Assembly (NCBI RefSeq): GCF_004376175.1
Contig: NZ_SNUY01000003.1
Location: 20,214-52,213, forward strand
DNA from: Halalkalibacterium halodurans
GTDB taxonomy: Bacteria; Bacillota; Bacilli; Bacillales; Bacillaceae_D
Length of the DNA: 32,000 nucleotides
Direction of reading: 5' to 3'
Position numbers and translations under genes: made by a program. Positions 1-7,802 of the stretch are shown piece by piece (position 1 is the first letter of the stretch; each line of letters opens with the position of its first letter). Under the pieces are notes generated by a model. The model was not told the DNA's origin. It saw only the letters and a list, made by a program, of their open reading frames with translations, and did no database searches.

Positions 1-767
1 TCTGAATATGAATACTTCATAAGCTGTCCAACCTTTTGACCAACGATAAAGTTTATAACAAAAAACAAAAGGAGAGGAAGCGTTATTTGCCACATTAAAT
101 CTAGGTTATCAAGCAATAATTGTCCTTGAGAAGCGAACATAGCAACGATTGCAAGGCTTAGGAAGATAATTGGGTATACGCTAGAGTTAGATATTAAGTT
201 TTCTCTTAATTGTTGTTTATTTCTAAAAAGTAATTTTGTTAGAAGTGCCAAGACCAAAGGTATGAATAAAACAATTAGAATACTTTCTACTAAAAACCCT
301 AGTTCTATAACTCCAGTGGTTCCACCAAAAATCAGGAGATATATTGGTAGTAACATGACTTGTAAGATTAAATTCAAAGGCAAGATAGCCGTTGATAGAG
401 CAATATTTCCTTTTGCTATTCCTGTGAAGATTAAGTACCAATCCGTACATGGAGTGACCATTAGCATAATAAATCCAATGTATAAGGCTGGATTATCACC
501 TAGAAATACCATTGCTAGCAGCCAAGCTAAAATAGGTGTCCAGACAAAATTTATGATGACTGAAGTGTATGTAAACTTGATGTTTTTAAAGGCTTTCTTT
601 ATTTCTTCAATAGGAATTTGTAAGAAAGTAATATATAGCATAGCTACTAATAAAGGAACAATAAAACTTTCTGCATTAACTCTTATGAGTTCTATTTGTC
701 CTATACCTATACCAATAACAACTGCTAAAAATATAATAAGAGTATATAACTTTTCGAATAAGTTCAT
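1..767 (-). CDS. ACR3/BASS-superfamily membrane transporter (arsenic-resistance-protein-like), 3' end cut by window edge
   Basis: Absent from the ORF track because it has no stop inside the window. Hand translation of the reverse strand from ATG (complement of 765-767) gives MNLFEKLYTLIIFLAVVIGIGIGQIELIRVNAESFIVPLLVAMLYITFLQIPIEEIKKAF...GFIMLMVTPCTDWYLIFTGIAKGNIALSTAILPLNLILQVMLLPIYLLIFGG...FFVINFIVGQKVGQLMKYSYS. The frame stays open to position 1 and has a multi-TM hydrophobic pattern. Family assignment rests on remembered similarity (MVTPCTDWYLIFTGIAKGN-type motif). The + strand ORF 262-792 is its antisense shadow. Confidence 0.6.
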   Translation of the reverse strand, partial: MNLFEKLYTLIIFLAVVIGIGIGQIELIRVNAESFIVPLLVAMLYITFLQIPIEEIKKAFKNIKFTYTSVIINFVWTPILAWLLAMVFLGDNPALYIGFIMLMVTPCTDWYLIFTGIAKGNIALSTAILPLNLILQVMLLPIYLLIFGGTTGVIELGFLVESILIVLFIPLVLALLTKLLFRNKQQLRENLISNSSVYPIIFLSLAIVAMFASQGQLLLDNLDLMWQITLPLLLFFVINFIVGQKVGQLMKYSYS

Positions 768-785
768 TGTGTATCACAACCTACT

Positions 786-793
786 AAAATAAT
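786..793. repeat. Target-site duplication AAAATAAT, left copy (IS256-family insertion)
   Basis: Identical 8-mer directly abuts both IS ends (786-793 and 2416-2423). An 8-bp TSD fits the IS256 family. The AT-rich context makes chance identity possible but unlikely at exactly these positions. Confidence 0.75.
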
Positions 794-820
794 GAGAGTG
801 TAAAATATTTTGTGTAAATA
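794..820. repeat. IS256-family left terminal inverted repeat
   Basis: See the IS call: 22/27 match to the reverse complement of 2389-2415. Confidence 0.85.
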
Positions 821-911
821 GAAATGCACTAAATGATGTTCATAGAAAAAAGAAGACCCTTTCTGTAGAATAAAGTTAGCCGACTAAATTCACAGAAAAG
901 AGGTCTTCCCT

Positions 912-2099
912 ATGAATCATCTTACTACAGATTTAATCGAAGCACTAGCACAAAAACAAGATATCGAAGAAGTTTTTCGTCAGCATTTGGAAACAGCTAT
1001 CAATCAGCTGTTGAAACATGAATTAACTGTCTTTTTAGACTATGAGCCTTATGATCGAGAAGGTTTTCATTCTGGTAATTCCCGTAATGGCTTTTACGAT
1101 CGTACGTTTAAAACCGAATACGGAGAACTACATCTTCGTATCCCTAGAGACCGTAATGGCGAGTTCCAACAACAAACAATAGCTCCTTATAAGCGTTCCA
1201 ATGATACGCTGGAACAGTTTGTCATTCATCTTTATGAAAAAGGGATTACGACAAATGAAATCGCTAATCTTATCGAGCGAATGTATGGACATCACTATTC
1301 CAAACAAACGGTTTCGAACCTAACGCAACTTGTTTCTGAAGACGTGCAGGCTTTCCATGAACGAAAGCTGGAAGAACGCTATGTGTGCATTTACCTAGAT
1401 GCCACTCATATTCCGATTCGACGTCAAACGGTTGAAAAAGAAGCTGTCTACATCGCTATTGGTATTACGGAAGAAGGAAACAAAGAAGTTTTAGACTTTA
1501 CCATTGCACCAACAGAGTCTTCTCACGTATGGGAAGAACTCATCCAATGCCTACATGAGCGAGGAGTAGAAAACGTCCTTCTTTTCATTTCCGATGGATT
1601 GCCAGGGATGACGGATAGCATTCATCGCGTCTATCCAAAGGCGAAGCATCAAGTGTGCTGTGTACATGTCGCTCGAAACATTTCCAGTAAAGTACGTGTA
1701 AAGGATCGCGCAGCCATTCTCGATGATTTCAAGGCTGTCTATCAAGCGAAAGACCGTGAAGAAGCTTTAGAAGCCTTAGAACAAATGCAAAGTAAGTGGG
1801 AAAAGCCCTATCCACGTGTCATTGAATCTGTGATGAACAATGAACAGATCTTAACGTTTTATGATTTTCCAGCTTCCATTCGTCGCAGCATCTACTCGAC
1901 AAATTTAATTGAAGCTTTTAACAAAGAAATCAAACGATATGTCAAACGCAAAGAACAATTCCCGAATGAAGAATCCTTAGAACGTTTTCTCGTGACACGG
2001 TTTCTAGACTATAATCACAAATTTGGCATGCGTTGTCATCGAGGCTTTGAAAAGGCAAAATCAGAATTGATACACATGTTTGAAGCACTAGAATATTAA
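912..2099 (+). CDS. IS256-family (mutator-type) DDE transposase, 395 aa
   Basis: N-terminal ...ELTVFLDYEPYDREGFHSGNSRNGFYDRTFKTEYGELHLRIPRDRNGEFQQQ is typical of IS256/mutator transposases. Candidate DDE residues lie in YLDATHIP, FISDGLPG and STNLIEAFNKEIKR. RBS aaaagaggt lies upstream of the ATG. Confidence 0.95.
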   Translation: MNHLTTDLIEALAQKQDIEEVFRQHLETAINQLLKHELTVFLDYEPYDREGFHSGNSRNGFYDRTFKTEYGELHLRIPRDRNGEFQQQTIAPYKRSNDTLEQFVIHLYEKGITTNEIANLIERMYGHHYSKQTVSNLTQLVSEDVQAFHERKLEERYVCIYLDATHIPIRRQTVEKEAVYIAIGITEEGNKEVLDFTIAPTESSHVWEELIQCLHERGVENVLLFISDGLPGMTDSIHRVYPKAKHQVCCVHVARNISSKVRVKDRAAILDDFKAVYQAKDREEALEALEQMQSKWEKPYPRVIESVMNNEQILTFYDFPASIRRSIYSTNLIEAFNKEIKRYVKRKEQFPNEESLERFLVTRFLDYNHKFGMRCHRGFEKAKSELIHMFEALEY

Positions 2100-2119
2100 G
2101 CTCTAGCACCAATCCGCCA

Positions 2120-2295
2120 TCCTTGACCTTGTTTGCGGTCGTGGTGTTGTGTACGTTGGCGGATGGGAAAAATAAAGCCCTATGTGGGACTTCATCCGCA
2201 CACCGAGCGTACCACGACCGACCTTTTCTAAGTTCTCGCTGGCTGGGTCCCTGAACCCAACCAGCAAGAACTAAGAAAAGGCACAAGGTCAAGGA
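2120..2295. other. Candidate structured RNA/DNA element (three-way junction) in the IS256-family 3' tail
   Basis: P1 is 2120-2132 with 2283-2295 (13 bp perfect). P2 is 2136-2145 with 2211-2220 (10 bp perfect), plus an inner 7-bp stem 2159-2165 with 2193-2199. P3 is 2222-2248 with 2255-2281 (27 positions, 3 mismatches, 6-nt loop). Junction linkers are only 3, 1 and 1 nt. The element is GC-rich relative to its surroundings and has no credible ORF. Confidence 0.4.
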
Positions 2296-2388
2296 CAAGC
2301 AGCTACCGCTGTGGCTCTGTGTTTCACCTAAAATAGAAGTTTTACCAAGTAAAATAAGCAGGGCTAACCTATCTACTAGAAACAGGGG

Positions 2389-2415
2389 TATTTACACAAA
2401 ATTATTGACACACCC
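2389..2415. repeat. IS256-family right terminal inverted repeat
   Basis: Its reverse complement matches IRL 794-820 at 22/27 positions. Confidence 0.85.
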
Positions 2416-2423
2416 AAAATAAT
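2416..2423. repeat. Target-site duplication AAAATAAT, right copy
   Basis: Identical to 786-793 and lies immediately outside the IRR. Confidence 0.75.
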
Positions 2424-2579
2424 TTTAACACAAACATAATTTTATCATAATTTGATTGTAAAGTTATTCAAGTAACGGAGGCGAATACTTAAAAAATTAT
2501 TTAACTATGATTGTTAATCATTTATAATTATATTCAAATAAATGTTTGAATGTATTTTTGTTTTGAGAGGAGTGAATTG

Positions 2580-3638
2580 ATGCTAAATTGTGAAGTTGTG
2601 ATTATCGGTGGAGGTCAAGCAGGTTTAGCAATGGGGTATTATTTAAAAAAGAAAAATATACCGTTTGTTATATTAGATAAAAATCAACATGTAGGTGATT
2701 CTTGGAGAAGAAGGTATGATTCTTTGGTTTTATTTACTCCACGTAGATATAGTAGCTTACCTGAATTGGAGATGGAGGGTTTATCGAAAGAATTTCCAAC
2801 GAAGGATGATGTTGCAGATTATTTGGATAGCTATGTAAAGCGTTTTGGTTTACCAATAATGTTTAACACTAACGTAGTTAAATTAAGTAAACAGTCCAAT
2901 GGTTCATTCCTCTTAGAAACTAGTAGTGGACAGATTAATGCTAAACAAATAGTAGTAGCAACTGGGGCATTTCAAAAACCTTTTATACCTAATATTATAA
3001 AAAAGGAGTCGAGTATCTTCCAGCTCCACTCTTCAGAATATTATTCACCAAGGGAAGTTAAAGGGACTGATATATTAGTTATAGGTGGGGGTAATTCTGG
3101 AGCACAAATTGCCGTGGAATTAGCAAAGGATAACAATGTTACAATTGCAGTTGGACACAAATTCAAATTCCTACCTTTAAAGTTTCTTGGAAGAAGTGTT
3201 TTTAGTTGGTTAGAAATATTTGGTCTGTTGTTTGCAGGAAAAGATTCGCTAAAAGGTAAATGGTTTCAAAAACAGAATGACCCAATTTTCGGAAAGGAAC
3301 TTAAAAAACTTATTAGAAATAGAAAAGTTGATGTAAAACCTAAAGTAACCCATGTCAATGATGCAGAAGTTCATTTTAAAGATAATACTCGAAGAAAATT
3401 CACTAGTATTATATGGTCTACTGGTTTCGTACCTTCTTACGATTGGATTAATATAGAGGGTGTTATTTCTAATGATGGAAAACCAATACATACAAGAGGT
3501 ATAACGCATATAAAAGGTCTTTATTTTATAGGTTTACCTTGGCAATATCAACGGGGTTCAGCATTGATATGTGGAGTAAGTTTGGATGCAAAGTATCTTG
3601 TTCCAACAATTATTTCAAATGTGTCTAAAAATAAATAA
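2580..3638 (+). CDS. FAD/NAD(P)-binding flavin monooxygenase-like oxidoreductase (CzcO/ArsO-like class)
   Basis: N-terminal Rossmann motif VVIIGGGQAGLA and a second dinucleotide motif ILVIGGGNSGAQIA, as expected for two-dinucleotide-binding-domain flavoproteins. I prefer the ATG at 2580 (RBS GAGAGGAG, 7 nt spacing) over the track start at 2550, which has no RBS. Confidence 0.8.
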   Translation: MLNCEVVIIGGGQAGLAMGYYLKKKNIPFVILDKNQHVGDSWRRRYDSLVLFTPRRYSSLPELEMEGLSKEFPTKDDVADYLDSYVKRFGLPIMFNTNVVKLSKQSNGSFLLETSSGQINAKQIVVATGAFQKPFIPNIIKKESSIFQLHSSEYYSPREVKGTDILVIGGGNSGAQIAVELAKDNNVTIAVGHKFKFLPLKFLGRSVFSWLEIFGLLFAGKDSLKGKWFQKQNDPIFGKELKKLIRNRKVDVKPKVTHVNDAEVHFKDNTRRKFTSIIWSTGFVPSYDWINIEGVISNDGKPIHTRGITHIKGLYFIGLPWQYQRGSALICGVSLDAKYLVPTIISNVSKNK

Positions 3639-3831
3639 TATGTAACCTATTGTGAATGTTTCACTTAAACTGAACGGGGTGCGTTAGTGCAAGAAGCTAG
3701 TTGCCTTTTAGTACCTAATTCCTATCTTCCGCAATCGGGCGCGATTGTTAAAGAAACAAATGATTACTGGTTATGGTATTTATGGTAGGAAATTTGATGT
3801 TGTTGTAAATGAGATCATATATGTTGTACAA

Positions 3832-3883
3832 AAAGGATAGATGTAAGCAGGTATAACTCCTGTTCATCTATCCTTTCTTTTTT
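3832..3883 (+). terminator. Rho-independent terminator-like hairpin
   Basis: AGGATAGATG (3834-3843) pairs perfectly with CATCTATCCT (3865-3874) and is followed by TTCTTTTTT. Confidence 0.45.
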
Positions 3884-3947
3884 ACCCTATATAATGTTTA
3901 ACATTATAATGAAACATTTTATTATCGGGCTTCTTAATTATTTTCTT

Positions 3948-3954
3948 GACTTTT
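3948..3954. repeat. Target-site duplication GACTTTT, left copy (IS4/IS5-type insertion)
   Basis: The same 7-mer directly flanks both IS ends (3948-3954 and 5428-5434). Confidence 0.75.
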
Positions 3955-5427
3955 GAGCATTTTGCATATTTTTTGACCCAAGAGCCATAAGGATTTCAAA
4001 GACATAAAAAAGGACTTCACCCCTAAAATGTAGAATTTTTGAAGTGACGAAACCACAAAAATTCAAAAGGAGGAAGTCACTTTGTATATTCTACAAGAAA
4101 GCCTATTTTCCTTTGAAGAACTGCAAAAATTAGAGTCAAAAGAGAAATTACCTATCTTTTTTAGCTCGCTTGATTTACGCCCTTATGCTAAACAGTTGAG
4201 AAGTTCTTCACCCCGAGGGGCTGACGGTCATTCCAGAGAAGGGATTCTAAGGGCTCTCATCGCTGCCCCACTCGAAGGCATCGACACCTTTACCGCCCTT
4301 CATCATCGATTGGATAAAGACCTTCGTTTCCGTTATCAATGCGGTTTATCGATTGATCGCCCCGCACCGTCTATCTCCACTCTCAGCCGGGTTTTTGCGG
4401 CACTTACCAAAAAAAAGCTGGCTGAAAAGATCTTCCTTGACTTGGTACAGTTAGCTCAGGAGGAAGGAATAATTGACGGCAGCCACCAGGCCATCGACAG
4501 TGCCGCCATTGATGCCTATGAAAAGAAACAGCCCAAAAAGCGTAGTGAACAAACGGGTAATGCCAATTGGGGCGCAAAATATGATTCCTTCGGCAATAAA
4601 ATTACCTGGTTTGGCTATAAGATGCATCTTTCAGTCGATACCGCAAGCGAACTGCCAATGGCCATAAAAGTAACCCCTGCCCATGTGAACGATGGAGAAG
4701 TCGCACCAGAATTAATAGAGCAAGTGGCAGAGCGTACCAAATCCAAAATTGAATTTCTGATCATGGATGGCGGATATGACCAACTAAAAAACTATGAATC
4801 AGCCAAAAACATTGGAGCGCAAGCCATTATCCCGCTCAATTTGCGCAACGAAAAAGAGCCTCCTGAAGGGATTTCTTCCAATGGAACTCCGCGTTGTTCC
4901 ATGGGTTATGAAATGACTTATTGGGGAGCTGATAAGGACCAGCTCAAGTTCAGATGTCCTCACGCAACCGGCAAAGTGGATTGCCCATTAGGAATGGCAG
5001 CCTGTTCATCTTCCAACTATGGAATGGTGGTAAAAGTCGACATCAAAAAGGATGTGCGCCGATATTCCAATCCGCACCGTGATACAAAACGTTGGAAAGA
5101 GCTTTACAACGAGAGGACAAGTGTAGAACGCTGTAATTCAAGAATGAAAAGCTACCTTACGGCGAACTCCCTACATGTATGGGGAATTGAAAAAGTAAAG
5201 ACCCATATTTACCTGAACGCTATTGTATTACTTGTTTCAGCGCTAGCGATGGCAAAGGAAAATAAAGGGAAGAAAGCCGCTTAAAAAAATTCAATGTGAA
5301 AAATTCTGTAGGTATGCCCGAAAACAAGATTATTGTAATATTTTGTAAAATAACATGCTGGTAGCTATTTGTCGAGTGCTTTATTTTTTATACTTTTATC
5401 CCAAAAATCTAATTTTGCAAAATGCTC
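3955..5427 (+). mobile_element. IS4/IS5-superfamily insertion sequence (1473 bp), apparently intact
   Basis: The left tip GAGCATTTTGCA (3955-3966) equals the reverse complement of the right tip (5416-5427), with looser similarity further in. Flanked by a 7-bp direct repeat. Contains a single DDE transposase ORF. Confidence 0.85.
4082..5284 (+). CDS. IS4/IS5-type DDE transposase, 400 aa (TTG start)
   Basis: The C-terminal YNERTSVERCNSRMK fits the Y-(2)-R-(3)-E-(6)-K signature of IS4-type transposases. Candidate DDE aspartates lie in KMHLSVD and LIMDGGYD. The N-terminal region is InsH/DUF772-like. RBS AAAGGAGGAAG precedes the TTG. Confidence 0.9.
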   Translation: MYILQESLFSFEELQKLESKEKLPIFFSSLDLRPYAKQLRSSSPRGADGHSREGILRALIAAPLEGIDTFTALHHRLDKDLRFRYQCGLSIDRPAPSISTLSRVFAALTKKKLAEKIFLDLVQLAQEEGIIDGSHQAIDSAAIDAYEKKQPKKRSEQTGNANWGAKYDSFGNKITWFGYKMHLSVDTASELPMAIKVTPAHVNDGEVAPELIEQVAERTKSKIEFLIMDGGYDQLKNYESAKNIGAQAIIPLNLRNEKEPPEGISSNGTPRCSMGYEMTYWGADKDQLKFRCPHATGKVDCPLGMAACSSSNYGMVVKVDIKKDVRRYSNPHRDTKRWKELYNERTSVERCNSRMKSYLTANSLHVWGIEKVKTHIYLNAIVLLVSALAMAKENKGKKAA

Positions 5428-5434
5428 GACTTTT
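5428..5434. repeat. Target-site duplication GACTTTT, right copy
   Basis: Identical to 3948-3954 and lies immediately outside the right IS tip. Confidence 0.75.
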
Positions 5435-5458
5435 AATAAAACATGGTGCCTAGCTCTT

Positions 5459-6427
5459 TTATTTGAAAAAGATTTCTTGTAATCTCTTATGATCGGTCGT
5501 CAATTCAAGGGCGACGAGTAGCTTTAATCGTGCTTTTTGACCATTTAAACCGTTCGTAAAAATAACCCCTAAATCTTTTAGGTGACGCCCGCCTCCCTCG
5601 TAAGCGTACGTTTCCTGAACGATGCCACTAACGCTTCTTGACACGAGTACCACTGGAATGTTGGCTTGATGAAGACGTTTGATGCTTGGGACGACCGCTG
5701 GTGGTAAGTTTCCTTGTCCGAAAGCCTCAATGACTAGGCCGTCAATTCCCGTGTCGGCAATCGCATCAACAACGGACCCATCCATGCCTGCGTAGGCCTT
5801 TAATAGCACAACTCGATGATTGATGCTTGAGACCGTATAGCTCTCTTTGTATGAAGGGGCGTGGTGGAAGGTAACGCCTCGTTTCGTGACAATCCCAATC
5901 GGCCCATACTGTGGACTTTGGAACGTGGCGACGTTACTCGTATGAGTTTTCGTGACGTTTTTTGCTGTATGAATTTCGTCGTTAAATACGACGAGAACTC
6001 CTTTTCCTTTTGCTTCATCTGTAGCAGCCGTTTTGACAGCAGAAATAAAATTGTGTGGTCCGTCCGCTCCGAGCTCATTACTGGAACGCATCGCCCCTGT
6101 GACAACGACAGGGACTTCCCAATCGAGTAACAAATCTAGAAGGTAGGCTGTTTCTTCTAACGTATCCGTCCCATGTGTAATCACGACCCCATCAAACGAT
6201 TCATTACCTACTCGGCTCTTTAGTCGCTCAGCCAACTGAAACATGAGCTCAGGTGTCATATGGGGGGAAGGAATATTGAGAAAATCATCGACTTCGATCG
6301 AGGCAATCGATGTTAACGATTCGACGGTGGCAAACAGGGGATTTGTCTCTTTAGGCTGTACGCCCCCTTTTTCATCTTCATGCATCGCAATCGTTCCACC
6401 TGTGTGTATAACTAAAACTTTTTTCAT
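5459..6427 (-). CDS. ansA: L-asparaginase, type I (cytoplasmic)
   Basis: MKKVLVIHTGGTIAM... carries the asparaginase TGGTIA active-site motif, and HGTDTLEETAY is the second signature. I place the start at the ATG (complement of 6425-6427) behind RBS AAAGGAGA, not at the longer track start at 6508. Confidence 0.85.
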   Translation of the reverse strand: MKKVLVIHTGGTIAMHEDEKGGVQPKETNPLFATVESLTSIASIEVDDFLNIPSPHMTPELMFQLAERLKSRVGNESFDGVVITHGTDTLEETAYLLDLLLDWEVPVVVTGAMRSSNELGADGPHNFISAVKTAATDEAKGKGVLVVFNDEIHTAKNVTKTHTSNVATFQSPQYGPIGIVTKRGVTFHHAPSYKESYTVSSINHRVVLLKAYAGMDGSVVDAIADTGIDGLVIEAFGQGNLPPAVVPSIKRLHQANIPVVLVSRSVSGIVQETYAYEGGGRHLKDLGVIFTNGLNGQKARLKLLVALELTTDHKRLQEIFFK

Positions 6428-6647
6428 GGCTCGTTCTCCTTTTGGCGAATGGTTATACTGTTTGAGTGAAAACCAGACAAGTGAATCTGACAAAGTGTAC
6501 CCCTTCACTCCAAGTTGTTCACAAGCATCATCATAACATAGCTGTTCAACTGTAAAAAAGTCTCTTTCTTATTGCAAATCCATTTCGTGAACCTTACAAA
6601 ACGTTTACAATGGGGGTAGTGAGTTTGGACGGAGAGGTTGAGACATT

Positions 6648-7295
6648 GTGTTCAGTTTATTGACAGCCGCCATTGCTCCAGCCATGGCGCTTCTATGCTT
6701 TTTTTATTTGAAAAATGAATACGGCTCGCAAACCTTGGGCTTTGTCGTGCGAACCTTTTTAATTGGCGCGCTCCTGATGTTTCCAGTCATGGTGCTCCAA
6801 CATGCGTTTCTTGCGGAAGGTTTCTTTGCGAATCCTTTGTTAAAAGCCTTTATTCTTTATGGATTTTTCGAGGAATTTTTCAAATGGTTTATGCTTTATT
6901 TTTTCGCCTACAAACATGTGGAATTTAACCGTCGGTACGATGGGATTATATTTGGTGTTTCCCTTTCGTTAGGATTTGCCTCTATGGAGAATGGATTATA
7001 CTTAATTGCTAACGGTGTGGAAACCGCGATCGGTCGGGCGTTACTTCCAGTGTCAAGCCACGCAATTTATGGCGTGATTATGGGATACTATTTAGGACGA
7101 GCAAAAATGGAAGAAAAGCATCGAAAGAAATGGCTCTTTCTCTCGCTCTTTCTCCCGGTTTTGCTGCACAGCTTGTATGATGCAATTTTGTTATTGTGGA
7201 GCAAGCATTTTCTTTTTGTCATGGTGCCCTTTATGTTGGTATTATGGTGGGTAGCGATACAAAAAGTAAAACTGGCTAATCAACTGGACCGCTAA
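6648..7295 (+). CDS. prsW: Glutamic-type intramembrane protease PrsW (site-1 protease for anti-sigma-W)
   Basis: 215 aa, multi-TM. FEEFFKW (EExxK) and HSLYDA (HxxxD) motifs. Colinear with remembered B. subtilis PrsW (YpdC). GTG start behind GGAGAGG. Confidence 0.85.
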   Translation: MFSLLTAAIAPAMALLCFFYLKNEYGSQTLGFVVRTFLIGALLMFPVMVLQHAFLAEGFFANPLLKAFILYGFFEEFFKWFMLYFFAYKHVEFNRRYDGIIFGVSLSLGFASMENGLYLIANGVETAIGRALLPVSSHAIYGVIMGYYLGRAKMEEKHRKKWLFLSLFLPVLLHSLYDAILLLWSKHFLFVMVPFMLVLWWVAIQKVKLANQLDR

Positions 7296-7355
7296 TGAAA
7301 GGTAGAGAAGTAGATACGTCTACCTTTGAAGAAAATGAATGGAGGTGTAGAGAGC

Positions 7356-7517
7356 ATGGCAAAGGAACGGTACCGTGTCGTCATTCGCTGCCCTGAATGC
7401 GGTGAACGCTACATTCTTCGTGGCCATCGAAACGAAAAAGGAGAGTATGAAACGGGGTTTAAACAATGCATTTGTGGCAACGAAGATCACCTTTATATTG
7501 ATGGTGCCCCAGAATAA
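7356..7517 (+). CDS. Small zinc-ribbon protein (hypothetical), 53 aa
   Basis: CPECG...CICG four-Cys pattern. The ATG at 7356 lies behind GGAGGTG. The track start at 7326 (TTG) lacks an RBS. Confidence 0.5.
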   Translation: MAKERYRVVIRCPECGERYILRGHRNEKGEYETGFKQCICGNEDHLYIDGAPE

Positions 7518-7626
7518 TCCATTCGCACCGTGAAAAAATAAACGAATTGAAAGAATGTTGTTGCATTTTCGCTAGAATTGTTGTAATTTTTATAAAAAGG
7601 TCTTGAAAACAAAATAGTGTCTCGTA

Positions 7627-7736
7627 TTCTTATCCAGAGAGGTGGAGGGAACGGCCCGAAGAAACCTCAGCAACCAGCCGCGATCCTGTGGTCAGGTGCT
7701 AATTCCTGCAAGCATTATTTGCTTGAGAGATAAGAG
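7627..7736 (+). promoter_or_regulatory. SAM-I (S-box) riboswitch aptamer
   Basis: Canonical S-box core: TTCTTATCCAGAGAGGTGGAGGGAACGGCCCGAAGAAACCTCAGCAACCAG...GGTGCTAATTCCTGCAAG...GAGAGATAAGAG. The P1 helix is 7627-7634 with 7729-7736. It sits directly upstream of methionine biosynthesis genes. Confidence 0.93.
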
Positions 7737-7753
7737 GAAGCGAGTGAGATCCA

Positions 7754-7802
7754 ACACCTACTTCTTCTTATTCTTACATGACGAGAAGGTAGGTGTTTTT
7801 TT
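7754..7802 (+). terminator. S-box expression-platform terminator
   Basis: ACACCTACTTCT (7754-7765) pairs with AGAAGGTAGGTGT (7784-7796, one bulge) and is followed by TTTTTTT. CTTCTTCTTATTCT (7761-7774) can alternatively pair with the 3' side of P1 (GAGATAAGAGGAAG) as an antiterminator. Confidence 0.85.

Larger units (their letters stand above)
794..2415 (+). mobile_element. IS256-family insertion sequence (1622 bp), apparently intact
   Basis: IRL 794-820 GAGAGTGTAAAATATTTTGTGTAAATA versus the reverse complement of 2389-2415, GGGTGTGTCAATAATTTTGTGTAAATA: 22/27 identical, including a 15-nt perfect inner block. Flanked by an 8-bp direct repeat. Contains a single mutator-type transposase ORF. 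Confidence 0.9.

Noticed and set aside
262-792. 176-aa + strand ORF in the ORF track
   Set aside because: Its composition is not protein-like. It lies exactly antisense to a much better continuous minus-strand membrane-protein frame (1-767) that the track omits because it has no in-window stop.
1942-2298. 118-aa minus-strand ORF overlapping the transposase 3' end and the structured tail
   Set aside because: It has no RBS and overlaps the transposase coding sequence. The open frame is explained by the GC-rich palindromic sequence. I treat the region as non-coding structure instead.
3690-3790. Short GTG-initiated ORF (about 33 aa, VQEASCLLVPNSYLPQSGAIVKETNDYWLWYLW) in the spacer after the flavoprotein gene
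   Set aside because: The RBS is weak and I recognise no motif. It could be a gene remnant, but the evidence is insufficient to call it.
794-5427. Possible composite transposon carrying the flavoprotein gene between two IS elements
   Set aside because: The flanking IS belong to different families with unrelated IRs. Each has its own intact TSD, which indicates two independent simple insertions.
7540-7626. Sigma-A promoter for the S-box leader
   Set aside because: Several weak -35/-10 combinations exist (TTGAAA, TAGAAT, TGTAAT), all with poor spacing. None is clearly best, so no call is made.
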